Shown here: positions 8,668 to 17,521 of the stretch, one piece after another | Layout of the letters: each line of letters begins with the position of its first letter | Numbering within the stretch: the first letter of the stretch is position 1 | Assembly: GCA_041686025.1 (NCBI GenBank) | Contig: JAWLEP010000019.1 | Location: forward strand, 1-56,694 | DNA length: 56,694 nucleotides | Direction: 5' to 3' | DNA from: Candidatus Fermentibacteraceae bacterium | Lineage (GTDB): Bacteria > Fermentibacterota > Fermentibacteria > Fermentibacterales > JCC-6 | Position numbers and translations under genes: made by a program | The notes under the pieces: generated by a model | The model's database searches: none | What the model was told of the DNA's origin: nothing | What the model saw: the letters and a program-made list of their open reading frames with translations, nothing else

Positions 8668-9819
8668 TTGAGGCCCGAGGACCTTCCGCGCCTGGAGTGG
8701 ACCCCCGGGCCCGACCTGCATCCGGAGCGGGCGGCGGGTCTGTGGCAGCCGGTCCTGGAGGCCGTGGACGGCGCGGCCCGCCGGGGGCCGGTGACCCTGG
8801 TGGTGAACGATGTGGCCAGGCCGCCGCTGGCTCCGGCCCTGGGGCCGGTGGAGCAGAGGCTGGCGGGCAGCGTCCGCCTGCTGGTGGCCGTGGGCACCCA
8901 CCGCAGGGTGACCGCCGGGGAGCTGGAGTCGCTGGTGGGCCCGGTGCTGGCGGACTCGGAGTGGCGCTGCGCCGGAGAAGAAGGCTACAGAGGACTGGGC
9001 AGGACATCCCGGGGAACGCCGCTGGAGGTGGACCCCTGGGTGCTGGACTCCTCCCTGGTGGTCCTCTGCGGAAGCGTGGAGCCCCACTACTTCGCCGGCT
9101 TCACCGGCGGCAGGAAGTCGCTGCTGCCGGGTTGCTGCTCCCGCCGGACGGCGGAGGCCAACCACTTCCTGGCCCTGGACCCTGCCGCCGGGCCGGGAAG
9201 GCTGGCGGAGAACCCGGTCCATCTGGACATGGAGGAGGCCCTGCAGACAGTCATGGGTCGCGTGGAAGTGCTGGCCGTCTGCCCGGTGCTCCGCGGCGGG
9301 CGGCTGGAGGCACTGGCCGCCGGCGACCCGCGGGACTCCTTCCGCAGCGCGGTGGCCCGATGCCGGGCGGCTCTGCCCCGGGTGGAGGCCGGCAGCGTTC
9401 CCTGCGCCGTCCTCCGGCCCGGCCCCGCCCTGGAGTCCAGCCTCTACCAGTCCATGAAGGCGGTATACAACTGGGAGCCGGCCATGGTGACGGGAGCCCC
9501 GGTCCTGCTGCAGTCCGGCTGCCCCGAAGGTCTGGGGGCGGATCACATGGAGCGGCTGTTCGCCATGGCCGCGGGGGAGGTGGGCGAGGTATCTTCCCGA
9601 AGCGGGTACAGCCTGGGCCTGCACGCTGCGGTCAGGCTGACGAGGGCCATGAGGAGGCTGCGTCTGTACTACCTGGGCGGACTGGAGGAGGATCTGGTGA
9701 GGAGGCTGGGTATGGTTCCGGCGAACAGCCCCGAGGACTGGCTGGAGCTTCACTCCATGCTGAGCCCCCGGCTCGTTCCCGATGCGGGCACCACCGCTCC
9801 CATGGCGGTGACCCGGTGA
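8668..9819 (+). CDS. LarA-family (nickel-pincer-dependent lactate racemase/epimerase homolog)
   Basis: VNDVARP, VAVGTHR, EPHYFAGFTGGRKSLLPG, ANH, NPVH.DM.EA, YQSMKA. Start uncertain (TTG). Confidence 0.82.
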   Translation: MRPEDLPRLEWTPGPDLHPERAAGLWQPVLEAVDGAARRGPVTLVVNDVARPPLAPALGPVEQRLAGSVRLLVAVGTHRRVTAGELESLVGPVLADSEWRCAGEEGYRGLGRTSRGTPLEVDPWVLDSSLVVLCGSVEPHYFAGFTGGRKSLLPGCCSRRTAEANHFLALDPAAGPGRLAENPVHLDMEEALQTVMGRVEVLAVCPVLRGGRLEALAAGDPRDSFRSAVARCRAALPRVEAGSVPCAVLRPGPALESSLYQSMKAVYNWEPAMVTGAPVLLQSGCPEGLGADHMERLFAMAAGEVGEVSSRSGYSLGLHAAVRLTRAMRRLRLYYLGGLEEDLVRRLGMVPANSPEDWLELHSMLSPRLVPDAGTTAPMAVTR

Positions 9820-11183
9820 TACCCGGAAGCTCCCGCTACCGCCTGCTGTTCGGCCTGCTGCTGCTGGGGCTGGCCCTGGCCTTCGTGATCTACACCCATT
9901 CCCTGGTGGGCAGGCTGCGGGAGAACGCCCGCCGGGCCAACGAGACCATCGCCTGGTTCTGGGCCAGCGCCCAGGTGCCCCTCACCGAGGTGATCCGTGA
10001 CCGCAGCAGGATAGTGTGCTCGGAGTGCGGGAAGGTCCGCGACGTGGAGTCGGTGATGGAGGAGGACTCCATCTACAGCTACTGCCAGGAATGCGGCAGG
10101 AGCACCTGGTGGTTCGTGGTCTCCCGATGGTCGGAGCGGGAGCAGAGCGCAATGCTGAACAGGACCCGGGCGCTGTTCCGCAACCTGATAGCCAGGCTGG
10201 ACTACACTACGGTGATGACCGACACCAGAATGCAGCCGCAGATCGTAAACGGCGTGGTGATGGACAGCTGCCCGCCGGAATCACTCCGGAAGTACACCGA
10301 CATCGTCGGCAGGCTCAGGCAGACCAACCCTCCGATCCCCATGACGGGCATGGAGGGGGACACGCTGGGATGGCTGCTCTACGGCAGCGGCGCTCTGGAG
10401 AGCGAGCTCAGGCTGGTCCCCTACCTGGAGCTGGGCATACTGGGGCTTCTGGGACTGTTCTTCTTCCTGCTGCTGAGAACCGAGCTGAAGCGGGAGAAGG
10501 TGATGGCCTGGGCAGGATTCGCCAAGGAGACGGCGCATCAGCTGAGCACTCCCATATCCTCCCTCATGGGCTGGCTGGAGCTGCTGCGGGAGTCCCGCTC
10601 CGCCTCAGAGGACAGCGAGACCGGGGAGGCGGTGGAGGCCATGCAGGCCGACGTGGAACGGCTCAGCAGGATCGCCGACCGCTACGGCCAGATGGGCAAG
10701 AGGCCCAGGCTGGCCCCGGAGGACGCGAACGAGGTGGTGAGCTCCACCGTGGAGTACTTCCGCCAGAGGCCGGGGCTGATGGAGGGAGCGGTCTCCATCG
10801 AGACCGACCTGGATTCCCGGGGGACGGTCCTGGCGAACAGGGTGCTCCTGGACTGGGTGCTGGAGAACCTGATAAAGAACTCTCTGGCGGCGGTTGCCGA
10901 CGGCCAGGGGTCGCGGATCACCGTGGCCACCGCGGATACGGATGACGGCAGCGTGAGCATCGCGGTGGAGGACGACGGAAAGGGCATTCCCTACGCAAAC
11001 CAGGACCGGATCTTCTCCGCCGGGTTCACCACCCGCAGGGGCGGATGGGGTTTGGGACTGACCCTGAGCCGCAGGATCGTGGAGGATTACCATGGTGGCC
11101 GGCTCCGCCTGGTGGCCAGCCATCCCGGGCAGGGGTCGGTGTTCGAGGTGCTTCTGCCCCCCGACGGGGAGGAGGAGGAGTGA
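9816..11183 (+). CDS. Membrane sensor histidine kinase, likely partner of the PorX-like regulator
   Basis: GTGA overlap with larA-like gene. Two TM helices, H-box AKETAHQLSTP, ENLIKNS, DDGKGI, GFTTRRGGWGLGL. Confidence 0.9.
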   Translation: MIPGSSRYRLLFGLLLLGLALAFVIYTHSLVGRLRENARRANETIAWFWASAQVPLTEVIRDRSRIVCSECGKVRDVESVMEEDSIYSYCQECGRSTWWFVVSRWSEREQSAMLNRTRALFRNLIARLDYTTVMTDTRMQPQIVNGVVMDSCPPESLRKYTDIVGRLRQTNPPIPMTGMEGDTLGWLLYGSGALESELRLVPYLELGILGLLGLFFFLLLRTELKREKVMAWAGFAKETAHQLSTPISSLMGWLELLRESRSASEDSETGEAVEAMQADVERLSRIADRYGQMGKRPRLAPEDANEVVSSTVEYFRQRPGLMEGAVSIETDLDSRGTVLANRVLLDWVLENLIKNSLAAVADGQGSRITVATADTDDGSVSIAVEDDGKGIPYANQDRIFSAGFTTRRGGWGLGLTLSRRIVEDYHGGRLRLVASHPGQGSVFEVLLPPDGEEEE

Positions 11184-12742
11184 GCGCCACCATTCTCTGG
11201 GTGGACGACGAGATAGACCACCTGGGGGGACACATACGGTTTCTGGAGAAGAAGGGCTACAGGGTCCTAACCGCCGGAAGCGGGTCCGCGGCGCTCGACA
11301 TGCTGCGCAGCAACCGGGTGGACCTGGTGCTGATGGACCAGATGATGGTGGGCATGGACGGCCTGGAGACGGTGGACAGGATCCGTCAGAGCTACCACAG
11401 CCTGCCGGTGGTGATGGTCACCCAGAGCGAGGAGGAGGAGCTCATGGACCGCGCCCTGGGGGGCGTGGCCGAGGACTTCCTCACCAAGCCGGTGAATCCC
11501 AGCCAGATACTGCTGGTTCTCAAGAGGATACTCTCCTCCGACCGGCTGAGGCGCGAGCACGCCACCGAGGAGGTGATCTCCTCGGCGGGGAAGCTGGCGG
11601 AGCGGCCGGAGTCCGGGCTCACGTGGAGGGACTGGGTGGAATTCTACGCCCGGTGGATGGAGGTGGAGGTCTTCAGCGAGAGCCTGGTGGAGCGGGACGT
11701 CAAGAAGGTCCACCGGATGCGGATGGACGACCTGGCCCTGGGGTTCTCGCGCTTCGTGGAGAGGCGCTATCCCGCGTGGCTGCGAGGGGGGGATGATCCC
11801 CCGCCAATGCCCCAGACCTTTCTGCAGGACTTCCTGGTCCCGGAGCTGGAGTCCTCCTCGGGAGAGGTGGTTCTCCTGGTGATGGACTGCATGAGGCTGG
11901 ACCAGTGGCTGGCCATATACTCCACCATTGAGGGCCTGTACCACCAGGACCTCTCCTACATGTTCGTGAACCTGCCCACGGCCACTCCCTACAGCCGCAA
12001 CGCCCTGTTCGCGGGCCTGCTGCCCAGGGACATCTGGAGGTTCTACCGCGGCGAGTGGAACGAGAACCTGGGCACTCCGCAGCTGAACAGGTACGAGGCA
12101 GGCCACATGCGCGACGCCCTGAGGAGGCTGGGCTACGGGGCCGCCGACAGCGCCGGCTACGTGAAGGTCCGCAGCGGCCGGGACGGGGAGATGCTCCAGA
12201 GGAACCTGTCGCAGCGCCTGGAGGGGGGCTTCCTGGCCATTGTGGTGAGCTTCCTGGACCACCTCACCCACGGCAGGTCGGAGAGCGACCTGCTGAAGGA
12301 CCTGGCACCGGACGTGGTGAGCTTCCGCAGCCTGGCCCGCTCCTGGTTCATGCGCTCGCACATCCGCTCCATGCTGGAGACGCTTGCCGCCAGGGGGGCC
12401 ACCGTGGTGGTCACCAGCGACCATGGCTCCAAGCTCTCGCGCAGGGTCACCGACATCCGCGGGGGCCGCGGCATGTCCAGCAGCGTCCGTTTCCGGATGG
12501 GCCATTCCCTCTCCGCCGACCACAAGGACGCCATCGTGGTGCGGGAGCCCGCCGAGTGGGGCCTTCCCGACGATTCCCCGCGGAAGAGCTACGTGATGGC
12601 CCGCAGCGACTACCTGCTCATACATCCCGCCATGGACCGGTCGGAGATACGGAAGTTCGAGAACACCTTCCAGCACGGCGGGTGCTCCCTGCAGGAGATG
12701 GTGGTGCCGGTAGCCGTTCTGCGCCCCAAGAGGCTGGGCTAG
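11180..12742 (+). CDS. porX: PorX-like response regulator (REC + PglZ/alkaline-phosphatase domain)
   Basis: ILWVDDEID, MVTQSEEE, KPVNPSQILL, DCMRLDQW, LPTATPYSRNALF, TSDHG, FQHGG.S..EM; followed by tsaE as in Bacteroidota. Confidence 0.88.
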   Translation: MSATILWVDDEIDHLGGHIRFLEKKGYRVLTAGSGSAALDMLRSNRVDLVLMDQMMVGMDGLETVDRIRQSYHSLPVVMVTQSEEEELMDRALGGVAEDFLTKPVNPSQILLVLKRILSSDRLRREHATEEVISSAGKLAERPESGLTWRDWVEFYARWMEVEVFSESLVERDVKKVHRMRMDDLALGFSRFVERRYPAWLRGGDDPPPMPQTFLQDFLVPELESSSGEVVLLVMDCMRLDQWLAIYSTIEGLYHQDLSYMFVNLPTATPYSRNALFAGLLPRDIWRFYRGEWNENLGTPQLNRYEAGHMRDALRRLGYGAADSAGYVKVRSGRDGEMLQRNLSQRLEGGFLAIVVSFLDHLTHGRSESDLLKDLAPDVVSFRSLARSWFMRSHIRSMLETLAARGATVVVTSDHGSKLSRRVTDIRGGRGMSSSVRFRMGHSLSADHKDAIVVREPAEWGLPDDSPRKSYVMARSDYLLIHPAMDRSEIRKFENTFQHGGCSLQEMVVPVAVLRPKRLG

Positions 12743-12744
12743 CC

Positions 12745-13206
12745 TTGGCGGGCGAGGACGCCGGCCGGCTGGAGGGAGGCCGGCTGGACGAGGACGGCCT
12801 TCGCCGGCTGGCCCGCCGGCTGGCCCGCCTCCTGGGCCCCGGAGGCAGGGTGTACCTGGTGGGCCGGCTGGGCACCGGAAAGTCCGTCTTCGCCCGGGCC
12901 GTGCTGCGGGAGCTTGGAGTCCGGGGCGACATCCCCAGCCCCAGCTTCGTAATGGACGCCGTCTACCGAACTCCGCTGGGCGAGACCCACCACGTGGACC
13001 TCTACCGGCTGGAGGGAGACCCCCGGGAGCTTCTGAGCACGGGCATAGCTTCCGTTCTTGATTCGGACGCCACGGTCATTGTAGAATGGGCCGACCGGCT
13101 GCCGGAGGCCCTTCTCGGGAAGGGCTGGCTGGTGGAGCTGGCGATGACGGACAGTCCCGGGGAGAGGATGGTGACCGTTGAGCGGAGGGCTCTGGCTGGG
13201 GATTGA
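12745..13206 (+). CDS. tsaE: tRNA t6A biosynthesis ATPase TsaE
   Basis: GRLGTGKS, SPSF, HVDLYRL, IVEWAD. Start approximate (TTG). Confidence 0.9.
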   Translation: MAGEDAGRLEGGRLDEDGLRRLARRLARLLGPGGRVYLVGRLGTGKSVFARAVLRELGVRGDIPSPSFVMDAVYRTPLGETHHVDLYRLEGDPRELLSTGIASVLDSDATVIVEWADRLPEALLGKGWLVELAMTDSPGERMVTVERRALAGD

Positions 13207-13861
13207 GACCAGCGGACGGGGCGGGGGAGTTGCCCTGGTCCGGGACGATGGAGTGGTGGTGGAGCACCTGCTGCCCGTGGTGGCCGACACCTCCGAGAAG
13301 GTCCTGCCCGCCGTCAGGGACGCAATGGAGTCCGCGAACGCCTCCCCCGGCGACCTGGAGGGGATAGGCGTCTCCCTGGGCCCCGGATCCTACACCGGCC
13401 TGCGCATCGGCGCGGCAACCGCCCTGGGCCTCTCCCGGGGATGGGGCGTGGGAGTCGCCGGCGTCCCCACACTGGAGGTTCTGGCGGCGGGAACCGGGCT
13501 GCGGGGCACTGTCCTCACCGCCGTGGAAGCCCGCAGGGGGGAGGTCTTCGCGTCCGCCTACCGGGTGGCCGCCGGCCCCCGGCCCGAGGAGCTCTTCCCG
13601 GCGGCGGCCTACACCGCCGGGGCGGTCCGTGAATGGGCGGAGAGGGCCCGCCCCGCCGCGGCGGTGGGCACCGGCCGCCGGCAGCTGGGGGAGCTGGGGG
13701 GCGCATGGGTCCCCCCGATCCTCGACAGCCCCCGTCCGGCAGCGGTGGCCGCTCTGGCCCGGGACAGGGCCGGGCGCAGCGGATTCGACGATCACCTGGA
13801 GCCCCTCTACCTGAGGGGTTTCATGGGCCGGGCCCTGTTGGAGGTGCGGCCCCGTGCATGA
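13178..13861 (+). CDS. tsaB: tRNA t6A biosynthesis protein TsaB
   Basis: LGIETS, GPGSYTGLRIG, EARRGEVF, LEPLYLR. Confidence 0.92.
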   Translation: MSGGLWLGIETSGRGGGVALVRDDGVVVEHLLPVVADTSEKVLPAVRDAMESANASPGDLEGIGVSLGPGSYTGLRIGAATALGLSRGWGVGVAGVPTLEVLAAGTGLRGTVLTAVEARRGEVFASAYRVAAGPRPEELFPAAAYTAGAVREWAERARPAAAVGTGRRQLGELGGAWVPPILDSPRPAAVAALARDRAGRSGFDDHLEPLYLRGFMGRALLEVRPRA

Positions 13862-15083
13862 GCTGAGGCTGGCCCACGCCGGGCTGCTGCCCTGGGCCAT
13901 GGACATGGAGAGGGAGATCTTCGAGGACCCGTGGCCGGAGTGGGCCTTCCGCAGGATACTGGACTCCCCGGGCAGGCTGTTTCTGGTGGCCTTCGCGGAG
14001 GAGGCGCCATGTGGCTACGCCGTCGCCGAGGTCGACACCCGCGGGCTGCACCTCACCAATCTGGCGGTGGATGAGTCCCACCGGCGCACGGGGGTCGGCA
14101 GGTGTCTGATGGCGGCCGTGGAGGGCTGGGGCCGCCGCATGGGGCAGAGCCTCTCCCGCCTGGAGGTCAGGGAGACCAACGAGGTGGCGGCGGATTTCTA
14201 CCGCCGGCTGGGATACAGCGTCAGGACCAGGATCCCGGGCTACTACGGCGGCCGCTGCGACGCCGTGGTGATGATCCGGCCCATGGGGGCCGGCCCCGTC
14301 GAGCGCAGCAGGGCCGCACTGGCCGCCGCCCTGGCCGCGCGACTCCGGGCCAGGCCCCGGGTGGGGGTGGTGCTGGGCTCCGGGCTCTCCTGGCTGGCCG
14401 AAGACTTCGGGGTCGGCGCCGAGATAGACAACTCCGCCCTTCCCGGAATGGCCGGCGCCGCACTGCCCGGCCACCCCGGAAAGGTGACCCAGAGCGCCGA
14501 CGGCAGACTGGTCTTCCTGCTGGGAAGGCGGCACGCCTACCAGGGCTTCGACGGAGACGAGGTGGCGCTCCTTCCCGGAGCCCTGGCCGACCTGGGGGTG
14601 GGACGGTGGCTGCTCACCAGCTCCTCCGGGGCGGTGGACCCAGATCTGGCGGTGGGAGACGCGGTGGTGTTCGGCGACCACCTGAACCTCTCGGGGACCG
14701 TACCCTCCTCCCCCGTGGGAAGGCCCGCCCGATGCTACCGGGCCGGACTCCGGGAGCTGGCGCTGGAGCTGGCCCGGGAGCTGGGAGCTCCGGTTCGCGG
14801 GGGGCTCTTCGCCTGCTGCTCGGGCCCCGAGTACGAGACCGCCGCGGAGATCCGGCTCCTGCGCCGCATGGGTGTCTCCACGGTGTCCATGTCCACAGCG
14901 CCGGAGGCCCTGGCCCTGGCCTCCCAGGGCTGCGCCGTGCTGGCGCTGTCGCTGGTGACCAACGCCGCCGACCCCGAGGGGGAGGTAAGCCATCATGAGG
15001 TGCTGGAGGCCCAGAGGGTGGTGAGCGAAAGGCAGGGGCCCTTCCTGCGGGAGCTGCTCTCCCGCATGGCCGGGCAGGAGTGA
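13854..15083 (+). CDS. Fusion of RimI-like GNAT acetyltransferase and purine-nucleoside phosphorylase
   Basis: N-terminal: NLAV...HRRTGVG, LEVRETN..A..FY..LGY, GYY. C-terminal: VLGSGL, PGHPG, GRRHAY, DHLN, GPEYET.AE, MST.PE, VTN, SHHEV. Confidence 0.85.
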   Translation: MHELRLAHAGLLPWAMDMEREIFEDPWPEWAFRRILDSPGRLFLVAFAEEAPCGYAVAEVDTRGLHLTNLAVDESHRRTGVGRCLMAAVEGWGRRMGQSLSRLEVRETNEVAADFYRRLGYSVRTRIPGYYGGRCDAVVMIRPMGAGPVERSRAALAAALAARLRARPRVGVVLGSGLSWLAEDFGVGAEIDNSALPGMAGAALPGHPGKVTQSADGRLVFLLGRRHAYQGFDGDEVALLPGALADLGVGRWLLTSSSGAVDPDLAVGDAVVFGDHLNLSGTVPSSPVGRPARCYRAGLRELALELARELGAPVRGGLFACCSGPEYETAAEIRLLRRMGVSTVSMSTAPEALALASQGCAVLALSLVTNAADPEGEVSHHEVLEAQRVVSERQGPFLRELLSRMAGQE

Positions 15084-16351
15084 CAGGGCCGTCCCGGGCC
15101 GGAGACCGCGACTACGGGGAGGCCCTGGAGTACCTCTTCTCCCGCCGGCGCATGGGGATGAAGTACGGCCTGGAGAGGATACGGGGCCTGCTGGAGGCGG
15201 CGGGTCATCCCCAGCGGGCCTTCCGCACCGTCCACGTGGTGGGCACCAACGGCAAGGGCTCCACCACCGCCATGCTGGCGGAAACCATGAGTAGGCTGGG
15301 CCTGCGGACCGGCCGGTTCACCTCGCCGCACCTGCTGGACTACCGGGAGCGGGTGGCGGTGGACGGCGGGTGGATCCCCCGGGAGGCGGTACTGGAGTTC
15401 CTCGGGAGGTACCGGGAGGACATCGAGGACCTCAGCGCCACCTTCTTCGAGGTGACCACCGCGATGGCGGCCTGGTGGTTCGCCGAGCGGGGCGCGGACT
15501 GGGCCGTGGTGGAGGCCGGCCTGGGCGGAAGGCTGGATGCCACCAGGACCTTCCACGGGGAGGCCACCCTGTTCACCGGGGTGCGCCTGGAGCACAGCCG
15601 CATCCTGGGGGACACCACGGAGCTGATCGCCCGCGAGAAGGTGGCCATCGCCGACCCGGCCACCCTGCTGGTCTCTCCCCGGCAGCCCGCCGGGGTGGAG
15701 GAGGTGCTCGAAAAAGCGGTGAGGGAGGGGGGGCTGCGTCGCGTGCTGCCCCGGCGGGCGCCCGCCAGCCTTCATCCCGACACCCCCCTCGCGGCCAACG
15801 CCGACCTGGCCTGCACCGCCGCCTGCCAGCTCGCGGGCAGACCCGAGCCGGAGGTGCGCAGGGCCTTCGAGGAAGCTTGCGCCCACCTCTACTGGCCCGG
15901 CCGGCTGGACCTGCGGCCCGGAGAGGTGGACATCCTCTTCGACGTGGCCCACAACCCCCAGTCCATATCGGCACTGATGCGGAAGGTGGAGGGCATGGGG
16001 CCGCCCCTGCCGGCGGTGCTGGGCTTTCTGAGGGACAAGATGTACCGCGAGATGGCCGACCAGGTGCGGGGGCTGCTGGAGCCGGTGGTGGCCACTACCC
16101 CCGCCGACCCCGACCGCGCCCTGGAGGCGTCCGAGCTGGCCCGGGAGCTGGAGCTTCGGGGCATAGCCGGCCGGCCGGTGGCGGACATTTCCGCAGCCGT
16201 GGAAGCCGGCCGGGAAGAGGCTCTGCGCACCGGCCGGGGACCGCTGGTGGTCACCGGCTCCTTCTTCGTGGTGGGGGAGGCGATGCTCACCTGCTTCCGA
16301 AGGGGCTGGATCGAGCTTCCGGGCCTGGAGGAGGAGCTGGGGGAGGGCTGA
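15080..16351 (+). CDS. folC: Folylpolyglutamate synthase / dihydrofolate synthase
   Basis: HVVGTNGKGST, FTSPHL, TFFE, VEAGLGGRLDAT, WPGRL, DVAHNP, TGSFF. Confidence 0.94.
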   Translation: MTGPSRAGDRDYGEALEYLFSRRRMGMKYGLERIRGLLEAAGHPQRAFRTVHVVGTNGKGSTTAMLAETMSRLGLRTGRFTSPHLLDYRERVAVDGGWIPREAVLEFLGRYREDIEDLSATFFEVTTAMAAWWFAERGADWAVVEAGLGGRLDATRTFHGEATLFTGVRLEHSRILGDTTELIAREKVAIADPATLLVSPRQPAGVEEVLEKAVREGGLRRVLPRRAPASLHPDTPLAANADLACTAACQLAGRPEPEVRRAFEEACAHLYWPGRLDLRPGEVDILFDVAHNPQSISALMRKVEGMGPPLPAVLGFLRDKMYREMADQVRGLLEPVVATTPADPDRALEASELARELELRGIAGRPVADISAAVEAGREEALRTGRGPLVVTGSFFVVGEAMLTCFRRGWIELPGLEEELGEG

Positions 16352-16370
16352 CCGCCGCCGCGGCCGCAAG

Positions 16371-16400
16371 TTGACAGACCCGGGCCGCAGGCCCTATACC
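16371..16400 (+). promoter_or_regulatory. Putative sigma70 promoter
   Basis: TTGACA-18 nt-TATACC, upstream of SD AGGAGG and ATG 16455. Confidence 0.5.
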
Positions 16401-16454
16401 TGCACCGCCCCGACCGCTGTTCTGACGCAGGCGGACCAAAGCCAGGAGGGTAAG

Positions 16455-16691
16455 ATGGCAGATTCCGACAGGAAGCAGAAAAAGGGAGAGAAGGAGAGGG
16501 ATACCGCCCCCTTCAGCATGGTCAACTACGTCCTCTTCACGGTTGGCCTGGCCATGGTGGTGGCCGGCTGGTTCCTCCTTCGGGCCGGCAGCATAACCGC
16601 CGCTCCCATCATGCTGGTGCTGGGCTACTGCGGGGTAATTCCCCTGGCAATAGTCTACAGGCCCCGCAGGGGCTCGCGCAGAGACACCTGA
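16455..16691 (+). CDS. Small two-TM membrane protein (DUF3098-like)
   Basis: PF...NY..F..GL...V.G...L and TAAPIMLVLGY...IP.AI pattern; strong SD. Confidence 0.75.
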   Translation: MADSDRKQKKGEKERDTAPFSMVNYVLFTVGLAMVVAGWFLLRAGSITAAPIMLVLGYCGVIPLAIVYRPRRGSRRDT

Positions 16692-17431
16692 TGATCCGCA
16701 GCCGGGTTGCGGCCCTGGCCGCGGCCTATCTCCTGCTGGCCTGCGGCGGGGACGAGCCTCCGGTCCGTCCCCTGCCGGAGGTGCCTCCCGAGGATACCCT
16801 CTTCGTAACGGTAGAGGCGGGCAGCTACGTCTCGGCCTCGGGCGATACCGTGTTCGTCGAGGCGTTCCAGCTCTCCCGCTACGAGGTCACCAACCGCCTC
16901 TACCTTTCCCTGGCCCGCAGAGAGGGCCTTCCAGAACCCCCGGACCCCGGCTTCATGGGAGTGGTGGACTACCTGTGGAGACGGCCGGACTCCCCCGTGG
17001 TAAACGTCAGTGCCGCGGAGGCGGCCAAGGCCGCAGGGGCCGCAGGCTGCCGCCTTCCCACCGCCGAGGAGCTGGTATACGCCTCCACCCTTCCCGACGA
17101 CCCCGCCGCGCGGTACCCCTGGGGCGACCTGGAGCCGGCGGATGCCGGCGGGATGGTGAGCTACCTGGCCGGAGGCGAGTGGGACAGCCGGGCTGAGGAC
17201 GGCTTCCTGTGGACCGCCCCGGTGGGCGCCTTCCCCCTCAGCGACAGGGGACTGGCGGACATCACCGGAAACGTGGGCGAGTGGACCTCCACCATGGATT
17301 CGGTGTGGGCCCTCGTGCACGGGGGCAGCTGGCTGTCGCCCGGCGAGGAGGTGGCCGCCAGGTCGGTGGAGCGGCTCTTTCCCTCCGACAGGGCCTGGCA
17401 CACCGGCTTCCGCCTGGCCCGGGACCTCTGA
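16691..17431 (+). CDS. FGE-sulfatase (SUMF1-fold) domain lipoprotein
   Basis: Lipobox LLAC; YEVTN, PVVNVS, RLPT.EE, YPWG, GNVGEW, GGSW, GFRL. No catalytic Cys pair. Confidence 0.85.
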   Translation: MIRSRVAALAAAYLLLACGGDEPPVRPLPEVPPEDTLFVTVEAGSYVSASGDTVFVEAFQLSRYEVTNRLYLSLARREGLPEPPDPGFMGVVDYLWRRPDSPVVNVSAAEAAKAAGAAGCRLPTAEELVYASTLPDDPAARYPWGDLEPADAGGMVSYLAGGEWDSRAEDGFLWTAPVGAFPLSDRGLADITGNVGEWTSTMDSVWALVHGGSWLSPGEEVAARSVERLFPSDRAWHTGFRLARDL

Positions 17432-17521
17432 GGCGGAGGTTCCCGGCGCACCGGTCTTGGCGTATAGTCATTTCTGCTCGAGCACTCACCGAGAGCCGTT
17501 CCAGGAGACCGGGAGCTGCCC

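Noticed and set aside
8005..9753. N-terminal 583 aa of the 1208-aa minus-strand ORF
   Set aside because: Antisense shadow of the lipoprotein and larA-like genes; the real protein starts at the signal peptide at 8004.
16691..17431. Formylglycine-generating enzyme maturing the nearby sulfatases
   Set aside because: It lacks the catalytic cysteines, and the sulfatase-like proteins have Thr rather than Cys/Ser.
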